Numbered from the stretch's first letter, positions 26,689-40,990 are shown. The stretch is 64,000 nucleotides of DNA from Geosiphon pyriformis uo1 (GCA_016748015.1 JAAOMT010000523.1:186001-250000), one strand, 5' to 3'. The notes: a model not told the origin generated them from the sequence alone. Translations and numbers: made by a program.

Positions 26689-29600
26689 TCAAAGAAACTC
26701 AATTCATTTTAATCACTTGTTTATACTCATAGATTTAATATTTACACACTAGAGAAACTTTGTATTTATAATTTAAATAGTTATATATATGTTTGTAATA
26801 ATTAGAGATATAAATCGTATCTAAAAGAAATGAGTTAGTGATATTACATAAAGATCGGAACACCTGTATTTATAGTTGATTATCTTTGATGACAGCTGTT
26901 GTTACCAATCAAAGTATCTTTTTACAAGATTTTTAATAAAAAATATGTTAATTCAATTATTTAAAATAATAAAGTTTTTATTTCAATTAACAAAATTTTA
27001 ATATTCAGATATTTATATGTGCAAAATTAAAGCTTAAATTAAAAATTAAATTTAAAAAACTTTGATTAATCATGTTTAAAAATATTTAACACCATTTATA
27101 CCAGTTTTTTAATTTCATAAATTTTAAATAAGTTAAAAAAATGCTGTATTTTTTATTATATTAAAACTTAAATTATTGTTGTTTTTATAATTTTTTTGTG
27201 TTAAGCTTTTAATTTGGTTAATAATATTTAAATTTGCTTACAATAAATAATTAAACAACTTTAAACCAATTTTACCAATTTTAAATAAGTTAATTTATTA
27301 TTTTTAAAAACTTTAAAGCTTTAACATATTATTTTTTAAATACAAAATTTCTAATTAAGATTATATTAATTTTTTTATTGGTATTTGTATTTGTATATAG
27401 CAATATTAAATCTTTTAAATATTAAAATATTAATAAGTTTTTACAAAATATATTAACAAATTTTAATATTTATTTATTATGTTAATTTTTATTTAGTATT
27501 AATAATACATATAATATATAATATATAATATATATTTTTAATCTTGATTTTATTATATTTATTACATATATTTTTTTAATAAACTTTTTTTTTTATCAAA
27601 ATTCTTTAAAAAAAAAAAAATTTTGAAAAAAAGTTTTTTATTTTGTTTATAATTTTCTCAATATTTTATAAAATACAATTTTATTTATTTAAAAACTTAT
27701 AACTATTAATAATAATAATATAACCAAAAAATTTTGTAGAAAATATTGTACATAGCTTTATTAAAAATAATTTTACTTAAAAATTAAAAAAAAGTAAATA
27801 AAAATATTAAAAACTTGAAAAATAAAACTGTTTTTTTTTAGCTAAACAGCAAAATAATTGTTTTTGATGTTTTTAATAATATAAAAAAATTTTTAAGTAT
27901 ATAATAAAAAATCTATAATAATTAATATTAGTTTTAATATTAATAGTAAAAACAAAGCTTTTTTTAATTCCAAAATAAATACTTTTAAAATAAAAAGAGT
28001 AAATATTAAAAAATTAAAGATGTTATTATTAAATGCAATTTATTATAATACTGAAAATAAAAAAATGTTTTTTTTTTGTTTAAGTCAAATTAGTTTACTT
28101 TTGTAATTATTAAAAAAAATTGAAAACTGTTATTAAAAAAATTTTATATTTTAAATATTGATTTGTTAACTATTAAAAAAAAACTTAATAAAAAATATAA
28201 ATTGTTAAAAAAAAATTATTAATAAATAAGTTTAAAAAAACTTTTATTTTTTTAAAATTTCAAAAAATTTATAATATTAATTAAAAATAAAAAGATATTT
28301 ATAAACAATAATTTCAACAAACTGATTACTATTAACTTAAATTATAATTATTAAAAAAAATTTTATAAATATTTCTAAAAAAGCTGTTTTTTTAACTTTG
28401 TTTAAATTTGGTAAAAATATATTAATTTAATTATAATTAATTAAACTATAATAAAAAACTGTAATAAAAAACTGTAATAAAATTTACCAAATTAAAGCAA
28501 ATTAATTTTTTAGCTTTTAAATAGTTAATATTAATTGGCAAAAATTATGTTTATATTATTAAAATTATTAAAAAGTCCCTGGGAAGTAACGGAATCAGAG
28601 AAAGAACAAGAAAAAAAAGAAAAAGAATCTAAAAATCAAGAATTTACTTACTAGAACCTGATCTCAGAGAACCCAAACATTGAAACCCCGAATTTCCAGA
28701 CTCAGCAAAATCTAAATTTAGAAAATCTGGAAATTGAAACTCCAAATTTTTAAATGCAGCCAAATCAGAACAACCAAAACCCTAACTTAATTAATCAACA
28801 AAACTTATCTCCTGGAATCATTATTAATCAACCACTAGCCGAACCCATATGACAGCCACCCCAACAAAATTATCAGCCACCTGTACCACAACAACAACAA
28901 CAACAAATGGCATATGCACCAATCACGAAGCTTAATAAATTCACCGGCAAAGAAGACAATGCCCAAGTCTAGCTGAATGATGTAGCTAAAGCAATTACAG
29001 CCAATAACTGGGACAATGCTAGAGCCATGTAAGCAATTCCCTACTTTCTTCAGGACACCACTGATGCATGATACCAAAGCCTTACCATTAAACCCTAAAA
29101 TTTTAACAAATTTAAAACCAAATTCTTGAGGTACTTTAATAACAATAATAGCATTAACAAGTTAGCCAACACCTTCACCACAATCAAACAAGAGGAAACT
29201 GAAGCAGTTACCACTTACTTGAGACAGTTCCACAGAAACCTACACCAAATTCAAGCAATCCAAGCTGACTATTTTACCATGTCACAAATTCTAAACCAAT
29301 TCATCTGTGGATTGCATAGTAGTATCCTCCAATATGTATGCCCAATACACCCACAAACTCTCCAGGACGCAGTTACCAATGCATGAGATTTCGAAGCAGC
29401 TGAACTAGAAGCCAATCATGCTCAAGCCGTAAATTTGGTCATGAATGGATCATTTGAATTGGATTCCAAATTGAAACAATTTAGTAATTTAATTAATCAG
29501 AAATTGGAAAGATACTTAGCTGACAATCATACAATATATCAACCACCACAATGACGCAATAATTCTGGAAACACAGATTGTTTTCAGAATCAGTCATGTC

Positions 29601-31939
29601 CAAAATTCTCGACCAATCAACAGTGGCAGCAGGAAATGTGTATTTGCCACTATTGTGGTAAATAAGAACATTTGCAATTTGAATGTCAAAAAAGGATAAG
29701 TGACCAGAGATCAGTTAATCAGTATCAAAACTCTGATTGCTGACTACAAACTCAGAATTACGTCAGTAATTAATCAAACCTAGCTCTATATCAACAAAAT
29801 TATCTACCTATGATGCAGCTGATATATCAAACACCAATGACACAGCAATTATATTCACCTCCAATCTATCAGTCTTCAGTAGCAATTTATCAACTGCAGT
29901 CCTAACCCAATTATTAGCTGCAGTCTCAGGTAAATTATTTGCCCCAACAACATCAAACACCACCACAGAATTTACCTCAAAACAGAACTCAAAGACCAAG
30001 ATTAACACAGCAAAGCTGGAGATCATTGATGGTAGTTCATCAACTGATCTCCAGTTTCATGGCACAACCATCAGGATCTCGACCACAAAATTCGGGCACC
30101 AAGTACACCCAAAACCCAAATTCCCAGAACTATTTAAGTCTCCTGGTTATTTCAGAAGACGCCTCACCCAATAATCTGGAAACCAACCAAAAACAATCAT
30201 TTACCAACAACATACCTCCAGCCACTGTCACCAATGATGAATTACTAGCAGCAATCTTTCTATTTGAACTTGAAAAAAATACACCAGTCCCATTATTCAG
30301 TGGAGCCACTTTTGACACCAAACCAATCACCACTATGTACACTGATGCCAAAGTTAATAAACACTCCATCAAACTGATTCTAGATAGTGAATCAGCTGGC
30401 AGCATTATTACAAAGCAACTCATGGACCAATTAGGTCACTGAGTTGATCACACTGCCAGTGCCAGAATCATAACCACCAATGGAGCAACCAAAACTCCTA
30501 TTGGTAAGATTGATGACTTTTCTATAAAAGTCAATGGCATCATCGTATCAATCAAAGTATTAGTTATGGAAGCCATCTAATATCAAGCACTTATTGGTAA
30601 TGATTGGCTATCTAAAACCAATGCATTGCTTGATTGGAATATGCAGAAGCTTCAAATCAGCCAGAATGGATGACACACACGTGTACCAGCCATATGTGGC
30701 CACTTCACGACCACCAACCCGACAGCACCACTTATAGAGTTCGAAAAAGAAAAAAAAAAACCTACCTGGGAAGCTTATCAAGTGTCCTGGACTGGTGAAG
30801 AACACAACAAGCTGCCACCAGTATCTTCATGGGACAACAATAACAGAAAAAGAAAAAAAAGAGAAAAACTTACTTAGAATGCTGACCAAAACTAGGAAAC
30901 CCATAATGATTAGGACAAATTATCAACAACCTGGGAATGGGAAGAAGATAAAATAAAAAAAAAAGGGAAAAAGAAAGAAGAAAATTCCATACCAACCCCT
31001 ATTCATTCTACATATATGTACACAACACCACAATCAAGCTATCATTACCCAAAACTCATATGTATTGATTGCAGCAAGAAATTGTCATCAATGGGCACGT
31101 GTTGTGGTAACAATAAGGAATACTCAACAGTGACCAAATTCTATTATTACATGTGCATCATAGAACACTTTAAACATCCAAAATGAAAAGAGAAATAGGA
31201 CAATGAACCATGCTTGGCTTGTGGAGAAACTTTTCTGAATGAAGAAATATGGAACAACATTCCTGGGCAAAGAGGAACATGCAACGAATCATGTCAATAT
31301 ACAATTCTCATAAGTGACTGGATAAGAAAAGAAATGCCCATAAACGCTGCCTAAAAACAAGCCATCAAATGTCTGAACAGATGTCCACACGACAACAAAA
31401 TCTGGCAAATGGCACTTGCCAAAATCGAAGGAGCAACTCCAGAAGAAATAAAAACAATCAAAGACAACCCATCTGAACCCATAGAACTTGACTGGGATTC
31501 AGAACCAGTCATAAATCTACTAGATCTGAAACAATTCTATGAACACTACCAGAAATTAGCACCCACTAAAGAGGAACAAGAGCAATAGTTGGAAAAAATC
31601 AATACTCAACTATATGACCATTGTTTAATTTCCTGTGACTTCTAATATTGTAATGAGTGTGATCTCATTTACAATCTACCATCACGTATAATCTACACAA
31701 TCCCAAAAGAAGAAGAACCAATTAGCAGCTGTGCATTGGAATCGGAATCAGTTCCCAATCCCAATTCAGACTCCAACAATGATAACAACAAAAATAACAG
31801 TTTCAGTTCCATTCAAAATGGCAATAACAATGACAATAATTCCAACTCAGATTCAAACTCTGATTCAAACTACGAACAATATATTGTGCTTCCTAACCTC
31901 ACCAAGAAGCAGGAACTAAAATGGTTCAGCGATAATAAT

Positions 31940-32350
31940 GAAGATATTATGCCAGAACACGCACATAATATTAACACAGGGTTTGATCTAAAATATCTGA
32001 AGAAAGATCCCATCAAATTGGAACCACATTTGTGCACTTGCATTGATCTGAAAATAGCACTGGAAATTCCAGCAACAATAATGGTTCAACTAGCATCTAG
32101 GAATAGTTTAGCAAAAAAAAAATTAGCATTAGAGGAGGAATAATTGACACAGGATATGTAGAAAATATCATTGCTATGCTACAAAATAATTCAGAAAAGG
32201 CATATATCATAGATCCAAATGAAAAAATAACACAGACAATATTCCTACCTCTGGTGAAAATAGCTCAATTAGTGTTAGTAGAAAACAGGGAAGAATTAGG
32301 GATTACAGCTAGAGGGATACAGAAATTCAGATCAATAAGTAGAATAGATA
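31940..32350 (+). pseudogene. dUTPase domain within pol of element C
   Basis: TGFDL, ASRNSLA, GGIIDTGYV, EKITQ and RGIQKFRS (decayed motifs I-V). Confidence 0.88.
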
Positions 32351-35300
32351 TACCAGTCAATATGACAGAGGAAGAAATTGTTGACAAAGAAGAAATTATC
32401 TCAACTCATCAAGCAATTTCTATTCTATCCTATAACCAGTATATATTAGCCATAAAAAGAAAAGTGAAGGATCAAGCTTAATTGTTTAAAGCAGAAGCCA
32501 CCATTTGTGAATCAGGAGAGATTGGACTCACCAATCTCTATATCTTAGCCAACAGCCCAAAAAATATTAAAATTTCCATCCACAACACAACTGGAAACGT
32601 CATTGAAATACCAAAGGAAACCATTATTGGATATTTAACCACTAAAGTTGAGGATCAACCATCAAACTACATTTCAGATTTTCCACAACTGTGTAGATAT
32701 ATAGACATTACATTACAAACCATCTATGGACGAAGTAAATGCTATCTGCTCTAACTAGAACAATTGGAACAGATAAATATGGGAAATCTAAATCCACTCC
32801 AACAGATGCAACTAAAGATGTTACTCAACAACTTCAATAACATCTTTGCTAACAAAAATGAATTTGGCCACACCAACATTATCCAGCATCAGATCAAAAC
32901 TGGAGATGTGATGCCAATTAAACAAAGAGCATACAGAGTACCACCAGCTAGCCATAAGATCATTCATCAAGAAATCAATTGGATGCTTGACAATGGGCTA
33001 ATTCAGTCATCAATGAGTCCATAGTTGTCATTAATGGTACTAGTCCAGAAGAAGAATGGAAAAATTCACTTTTGTGTAGATTACTGGAAATTGAATGGAG
33101 TAACCAAGGGAAACAACTATCTAACTCCAAAAATCCAAGAACTATTCGATGCTTTTGAAAGAAACAAATGGTTTTCGATACTGGATCTAGATAGTGGCTA
33201 CTAACAAATAGCCATGGATCTAGCTGACAAAGAAAAAACTGCATTTACAACAAGAAAAGGGAATTTCAAATTTGAAGTTATGCTATTTGGCTTGATAAAT
33301 GCTCCAGCAATATTCCAATAACTCATGGAAATTGTATATACTGGACTACTATGGAAATCAGTAGTCATATACTTAGATGACACCAATGTATTCTCAAAAA
33401 CATTTGATGATTATCTACATCACCTTCAACAGGTGTTTGAAAGACTAAGAAGAGCTGGATTGAAACTAAATGCAATGAAGTGTTTCTTTGGAAAAACTGA
33501 ACTCAAGTTTTTGGGACATGTTATAAGCAAAGATGATATCAAAATGAATCTAAATAAGATCGCAATAGTAAAGAACTTTTCAGTACCAACAAACTTGCCA
33601 GAACTAAGGGCATTTTTGGGATTTGTAGGCTATTATTGCCGCTTTATCAAGGACTTTTCCAAACTAGCTCAGCCACTTCACCAGCTACAAACTAAGAATA
33701 TAAAGTATGAATGGACTGAAGCTCAACAAAAAACATTCGACACATTGAGAAGAAAGCTTATTCAAGCTCCAGTGTTGATGTATCCAGACCACAGCAAACC
33801 ATTCATCATCACTACGGATGCATCAGGTCAAGCATTGAGAGCAGTACTATTGCAGAAAGGACCAGATGGAAGAGAACATCCAGTAGCTTATGCCAGTAAA
33901 AGCTTAAGTCCAGCTGAAAAAAACTATGGAACTCCAGCACTGGAACACTTAGCAATCTATTGAGCAGTCATAAAATGGAGAAAATACTTGAGCCAAAAGT
34001 TTGAAATATACACAGATCACAAAGGACTGACTTCAATTCAGAAACAAAAATTTGCAGACAATTGTCATGCCAGATGAAAAATAGAACTCTCATCATTTAA
34101 CTATACAGTACATTATAAAAAGGGAAAAGATAATAGAAATGCCAATGGATTGTCATGAATGAGACAAATCTAAAAACATTCCAACCCAAAAATATAACAA
34201 AAGATGAATATACAAAAATACCAACAACTACAACATTATATAAAGACTCAATTGTTCAAGGAAAAATTATCTCAAAAAGAACAAAAAGACATAAAACAAC
34301 AATCCAAATATTTTATCAACCATCAAAATATACTTTACTGGAAAAACAAAAGAAATCCAGATCAACCAACCAAAGTAATCACAGAACCAGAGAAAGAAAC
34401 AATATTATTTAATATGCATTCAGACCCAACAGCAGGGCATTTTCACAAAGAAGCAACCATGGAAAGAACCAGAAAAAGATACTATTGGCCATCAATGTAT
34501 CCAGACATCATCTAATACGTGCAAAATTGTGATGCTTATCAGAGAAGAGGAAAAGCAAGACCAAGTAAACCATTAAGACCAATCAAAGTGAGACAACTAT
34601 TTGATCACATTGAAATTGACTTAGTTGGACCATTAACAATCACCAGCAGAGACAACAGATATATTGTAGTAGCCATGGACTATCTTACCAAATGGCCAGA
34701 AGCAAAAGCCATTCAAAGAGCAGATGCAGAATCCATTGCCAAATTCGTTCATCAAGATTTGATTTGTCAATATGGATGTCCAAAAAAACTATTATCAGAT
34801 TAAGGAACTCACTTTGTGAACAGAACATTAGTAGAATTAAGTCAAAGATTTGGAATTAAAAGACCATTATCATCACCATATCATCCACAAATCAATGAAC
34901 TAGTTGAAAGATTCAATAAAACATTGTGTGAAGCAATTGCCAAAATCAGTCAAAAAAATCAAAACGAATGGGATTTGTTCATATCATTAGTATTATTTGT
35001 TTATCAGACAATGAAGCAAGATACCACACAAGCAACACTATTTGAACTAATATATGGTAGAACAGCAACATTACCAGTTGAGATAGAGATCAATACATAT
35101 CCAACTGAACCAATAACAGAAGATAATTTTCAAGAAACATTGTTAAGAAGAACATATAACTTAATAGAAACACTAGAAAACAGATGACAAAAAGCAGTTA
35201 ACAACATACAAAGATCACAAGAGAAACAAAAAAAGAGACATGATAACCAACTATCAGACAAACCAATTGAATTCAAGATTAGAAACAAAGTACTTTTACA

Positions 35301-35639
35301 TCATACTAAAGCGAAAAAACAATAGAGTGGAAAATTTGATCCCAAATGGGATGGACTATTTCACATTGAAGAAATTCTTGGAAATGGAGCTTACAAATTA
35401 AGATGGAACAACAAAATCTTAACCAAAGCAGCACATAATAATCGACTGAAACAATATTACCAGATAGCATCATCATCTACCAATAACATTTCACAATTAG
35501 GAGTACAAAGAATACTAGTTCAACCAGATGAGATTCCATGAGATCTAGAACCAATTATAGTTATTGAACCAAACACGTAAAATCAAACAATCAAAAAGTA
35601 TATAAAGACACAGTATACGCGACAAAAGCAATCAAGAAA

Positions 35640-36274
35640 ATGGAAATACCAGATCATATTCACACTATAGCTCAACAACTATTTCAGGCCTTAAGTTAAT
35701 AACAGTTAGACATGGAAATTATCATTAACAACCAAACAATTTGCTATCGAAACACTAAAAGAAAGACAAAGAACACACCATATTAGTGGGTACCAAAGAA
35801 TGATAAAAACTGGTCAGATAACATAATAGAAAAAGTAAAGAACATGTTTGAGAAAATATCTATTATAGCACCAACAGAAAAACTTACAAAAGAGAATTGG
35901 AAGCAATAAACAAAACAACTTTCAATATCATATTGTTACTACCAATTAGGTTAGAAGTTGAATATTCAGGAGTTGTATATTAACAAATCTAAGAGAATAT
36001 TCAACCAAGACATAATACAACAAATTAAAGAATTTATTGGAAAGAAAACAAATTCAATACTACATATTAGAACAATGTACCGACTACACAACATATTTCA
36101 AAACTATCCAAAAATACTGTTACACTCTGACATGGAAACCATAACCATTAACCAATGGGAAAAATGAACAATACACACGTGGAAGACATGAGAAACAGAA
36201 TCAAACAAACAATACTTGAAAAAGAAGTATTAAAATTAATTCAAAACAAAGATTTCAATAAAGCTTAATATTAA
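35640..36274 (+). pseudogene. Extra ORF of element C
   Basis: MEIPDHIHTIAQQLFQAL...TMYRLHNIFQNYPKILL...DFNKA*Y*. Confidence 0.75.
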
Positions 36275-36288
36275 AAAGAAAGAGATAA

Positions 36289-37129
36289 TATTACTCATAG
36301 AAAAGAAAAACAGATATAGAAAAATAGTACACCAATAAGAGAGTAGTAGTTAGCACGTGAGCACATTGCTCAGCAATGTGGAGCAATGTCAGAAATCACA
36401 GCACATCACTCAGCAATATGAAGCAATGTCAAAAAAATATGGCATATTGCTTAGCAATATGAGCATTGCTTAAAAAATTATAGCACATTGCTTGGGAATG
36501 TGAGCAATTTTGTAGAACCCAAATTATGTATATATAGCAATAGTATTAAAAGTAGAAAGAACAGACCTTTCAGTTTAGATTTAATCTAAGCAATCTTCTA
36601 TTCACAAATATCAATAAATAATTATTCACCATTTCAATCCACCCTCCACTATTAACACTTCATGTTAATAGTAAGTGATATTTAACTACATGAGAACAAT
36701 AGCTTTTGATTATGGCTATTGATAAGATACTAACTTGCAATTGCTTTTGTTTATTTCTTTATTTTTTCTTTTATTTCTTTTGTTTTGTCATTTCGTTGGT
36801 TTTACTAAACTGATTAAAAATTAAGTGCTGAGTTATTAATGTCAAGGATAGCCTGGTAAAAAACCCCAAAGGAAGGGTATAGAAATTGAGAATTTAAAGA
36901 TAGCTTACCAGAAGGACATCTCTGCCAAGATTACTGGCCACCATGCTGAGAAAGAAATTTGATGAAATTGCAATTCTAGGAAGCTATAAGAAAGACAACA
37001 CTTGAATCTCTGTTCATTATACAAAAGATTCCACAACAAAACCTTCAGATATTGACACCAGAATACCAATCCAGCACCAAGTTACAGATTTGTTATTTGA
37101 CTTAAGATTCCAAATAATCATCTGTAACA
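36289..37129 (+). repeat. 3' LTR of element C
   Basis: tattac/gtaaca termini. R-U5 homologous to family A, but U3 carries CACATTGCT-N-AGCAATGTG palindromes. Confidence 0.92.
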
Positions 37130-40100
37130 CCACAGAATTATAAGCCTTTTGCATGTTTTGCAAAACCAGCCAGAATTCATGGTTCTTTTCCAAAGCATCC
37201 TCTACTACAGAGCTGACAACATAAATAAGAGATTGTATAGTCATATTTTTTAAAACAAAAAAATTGTCTTTATAAAAAACATCAAAGATGCTGTATGCAA
37301 ATGAAATTCTATCAGACAGAATCTTGAAGAGAATTTTATGAACTGTTTTAATCAAAGCAATAGAGTGAGTATTTGTGAAAACACTCTTCCATTTATATGG
37401 TTTGGGAATTATCGAGACCCAAACCTTTTTCTAAGAACTGGGCACAAATTCATAAGATAAACAAATATTTAAAAACACCAGAAGCATATCTAAAACTAAT
37501 TTGTTGTAATGTTTCCAGGACTTATTTGAGATACCAGAAAAACCAGTGGCTTTGCCATTGAGTAGAATGAAAGTCATACTAAATAATTCATTAAAGCCAA
37601 CTAGACACATCACATCTGAAAAAACATCATCAAAAACATGCTCTAGCAGTTAATATTAATAAGAACAGTCACTAAAAATATCAGAAACCATAACATATTT
37701 CTTAGTCCAGTCTTCCATTATCTGGTTTTAACCAAATCAAGTTTCAGAATCAATTTATCACCAATAATTAGATAATTCAATTCTATCTTATGGAAAGGAC
37801 ATTTCAATATGTTCCTGATAGTATAACTTTTATTAGAAGCAAAACTTTCCATCTGCCTATCAATAGCAGACTTAATACTTAACTCTTTAGCTTTTAAAGA
37901 TTTAGCAAGCTTGAAAGCATGATAAAACTTTCTTATGTCAAAAAAAACAGATCTCATATAATCAAAATTTGCACCAAATTCCATCAGAGCTTAAACAGTT
38001 GAAGTCTTATTAGCATTTAGAACTGCTCAGCTGTTTATTAAAAATGCAAACCCAACATTGTACTTCTTATAAGAAGCCTTAACAATCCTTAAAATCAAAA
38101 CTTCTAATTTGTGAAATTTAAAAAATTTCTTAGTAAAAACACCATCAAAGCTCTTGAACTATTTTTTCTTAAATGTTTTTCTAGCCAAAAAAATCATCAT
38201 CTTGTGAACAATATTCTACATAGCATCCAGATCTGAAAATTTATTAGAAGAGATAAACTTATTAGAGAACAAGACCATATTAGCTATTAAAGCATTCTTA
38301 AAATTAGCTTATTTTGTCTTATTAGCATGTTTGATGTCAAACTTCCAATGGTCTTTATTAGTCTGTTTGCACAAAAGATTTAGATGTATATTCAATAGGC
38401 CATTCAAACCAACAAAAACAAAAATGGCTTGGTAATCTATATTAAAGTAATCACTAATATTCTTAATCTCATAATCTACTATTGCATTAACCAAATTTGA
38501 AGAGACAAACACATAATCAATTGTTTTGAACACACCTCTGAAATTCTTCTATGTAAACAACTTTACAAGCAAACTACCAACTAATAAATTAACTAGGCTC
38601 AAATCAAGGCATCTCTTGAAACTAGCATATTTACAAGAATCATTTTCATTGAAATTGCCACTTAAAATAACAAAAGATAATTTATTTATAGTCTTAACAA
38701 CCAAAGAGTTAATTTTACCAGTTTGAAAAAACCAAACTACCAAGGAAGTTTCAGCATAAAACCCCAAAATTAAAACAAAAAGTTTATTCTTGAAAAACAA
38801 CTTAATAGCCAGGCATTTCAGAAACTTTATATACATGTTTTGCCAAAAAAAATTTAAGACAATTACAACACCAGCATTCAGATATCCAGAATCTACACCA
38901 GAAGTAAACACTTAAACGCCATCAAATTTGTTAACAATTTATGGGTGGATCTTTCCTTTTAGCTTTGTTTCTGTGAAAATAAAAATCAAATTGTTTATGT
39001 TTTCATGCCAATAAATAATATTTACCTGTTTAGTAAGATTGTTTATTTCTCTAATATTACATGTTGTAATTTTTTATACCAGACCACTTATTGAGAAAAA
39101 GGTTTAGAAAACACATTACCAGTTAAAACCAAATTATTAAAACATACTGATAGATTTAGCACTGAAACAGCAAGTTTTTCAAGCATGTTTTCTAATCACA
39201 TCACACTAAAAGAAGCAGAAGAGCCCAAAACCACAACAGTCTTATTACTAGTAATCTTACTTAAGCCTTTTTTCATTACTATATTACCCATCTGATTCTG
39301 TAATACAGAGGTTACCAACAGCTGATGTTTAGGACTAGACTGGAAAACTGCCAGCATGAGTAATTCCAACTTTTTAGCCAACTTACTAATTTGTCATGTA
39401 AGACTGATAAAACTGTTTTTAATGATAACCAAACATAATTCTAATTCATTAATGACAGGCAAGAGAAGTTTTATCTCTAAAGAAAAACCAGGATTAGCCA
39501 AACCAATATATGCAGGAAAAAGGGAAAAAGAAGATCCACTAACAATCTTTATCCAAAAAGCACCACCAAAAAAAACAAAGCAAATAATAGGTGCTAAACA
39601 TTTGGCATAAATGGTTGCCAGTCTGCTTTTATCTTTATCAGATAGTATCTTACAAAAAGAAGCACCAAGAGAAATTTTCTCACTGAAAGCACAACTTAAT
39701 GATGTATGCCCTATTTTTTTACACTTAACATATTTAAAAAAGCCCAGCTGAGACCAATGCAGATTGGCACTTTTTAAAACTGAAGTAGTTCCTATGATGG
39801 CATTAAGAAAATCAGCAGAGTCAAAACACACCACAACACATTTAGATTGGGCATATATAACTGGATAACAATTAATAATGCAAGTCTTGTTACCAACTAA
39901 TCCAATGAAGTTCCAGATATCATGTGCATTTGTTCTTATCAGCAATATGTACAATAATGCTTTATGACTATTTCTTGCATTCTATGATTCTTTGTCCATA
40001 TTAGCCTTAGCAACACAAGCTGTATCTTTTCCAATCAAGATAGACCACTTTGCTGCAGCCAAATTGGCTTGATCTACTTGCTTAAATTTTATAATAGCTT

Positions 40101-40990
40101 TCTGCCAAAGACCTACCAACTGCATTTTGATTGACTTAATAACACCAAACTCAGATAGTGCAGCATGTACAGTCTTAATTGATGTTCTAACTGGAATATT
40201 TTTCACCACCACAGTCCAATTTGAATGTCCAGAAGATTTTTTGAGATCAGTGTTTACTAGAATCTTTACATTTTTTGCTATATTAAAAGCTTAGACCAAA
40301 CTCAATTTGGAAGTAAACATCACTTGGATAATCCCAGAAAATTTTAAAGGAGTAGAGACCTCTTTAAAACTATTGATTTTTGAAAATAATTTCCTAACTG
40401 CCACCAGCTTTTCTTGAGAGGATTTTCCAACCATCTTATTCAAACCAATATCTAAAGCAAATGATTTTTAACTGAAATGTCAACCAGAATTTTCAAGAGA
40501 AAAGAAAGTGTTAAGAGAATATCCAACAAATTATTATCACTATTATTAACCAAAAAATTAATTTTTCTCAGTGGTTTTCTCAATGCTCTTTTGGTCAGTA
40601 CTTTTGAATTCTTAAGTATTTAATCTGAATCTTCTCTAGTGAAAGCACCATCTTTACTATAATCAAAGCTGATTTCTTTAACCAAACACTTTTCCTCCAT
40701 ATTTACACTATTAGACTTGATAGTATCACTAGTCTCAAAATTCTATAAACAACCATTCAGCTCTTTAACAGAAATCTTTCTATTACTAATACTATTTTCC
40801 AAAGCACCACTTTTTTTTTTCTTTTTAAACACAACAAACTTGACACCAGTACCAAAACCAGAATTTTTAAGAGCCTTTTTCATGACAGTAATATTAGAGC
40901 CAACAATGACTTTGTAATCAAGCAAAAATAGTTTGGATTTATTATACTAAATGATAAAAAACTCCTTTCAAAAAAACTCTTTGACTCTTT
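37130..40990 (-). mobile_element. LINE 5' part: ORF1 (RRM + CCHC) ~40920-39088, then ORF2 APE endonuclease and start of RT 39091-37130
   Basis: ORF1 'VVKNIPV...EFGVIKSIKM' and 'KCKKIGHTSLSC'. APE 'TCNIR', 'TETKL', 'SGNFNE', 'IDYVF'. RT 'VVEDALEKNHEFWLVLQNMQKAYNSV' is cut by element C. Confidence 0.9.

Larger units (their letters stand above)
28575..37129 (+). mobile_element. 5'-truncated Ty3/Gypsy element C
   Basis: gag, CCHC 'CHYCGK*EHLQFEC' ~29640, PR 'LILDSESAGS' ~30375, Cys-rich 31050-31680, dUTPase 31940-32350, RT 'VIYLDD' 33365, RH 'TDASG', IN 34390-35580, extra ORF, PPT and 3' LTR 36289-37129. The left edge abuts the AT-rich belt abruptly. Confidence 0.94.

Noticed and set aside
37130-37200. 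Elements B and C inserted within ~65 nt of each other in LINE RT coordinates (site-specific targeting?)
   Set aside because: Elements A and D hit other LINE positions. Two events are not enough to claim a hotspot.
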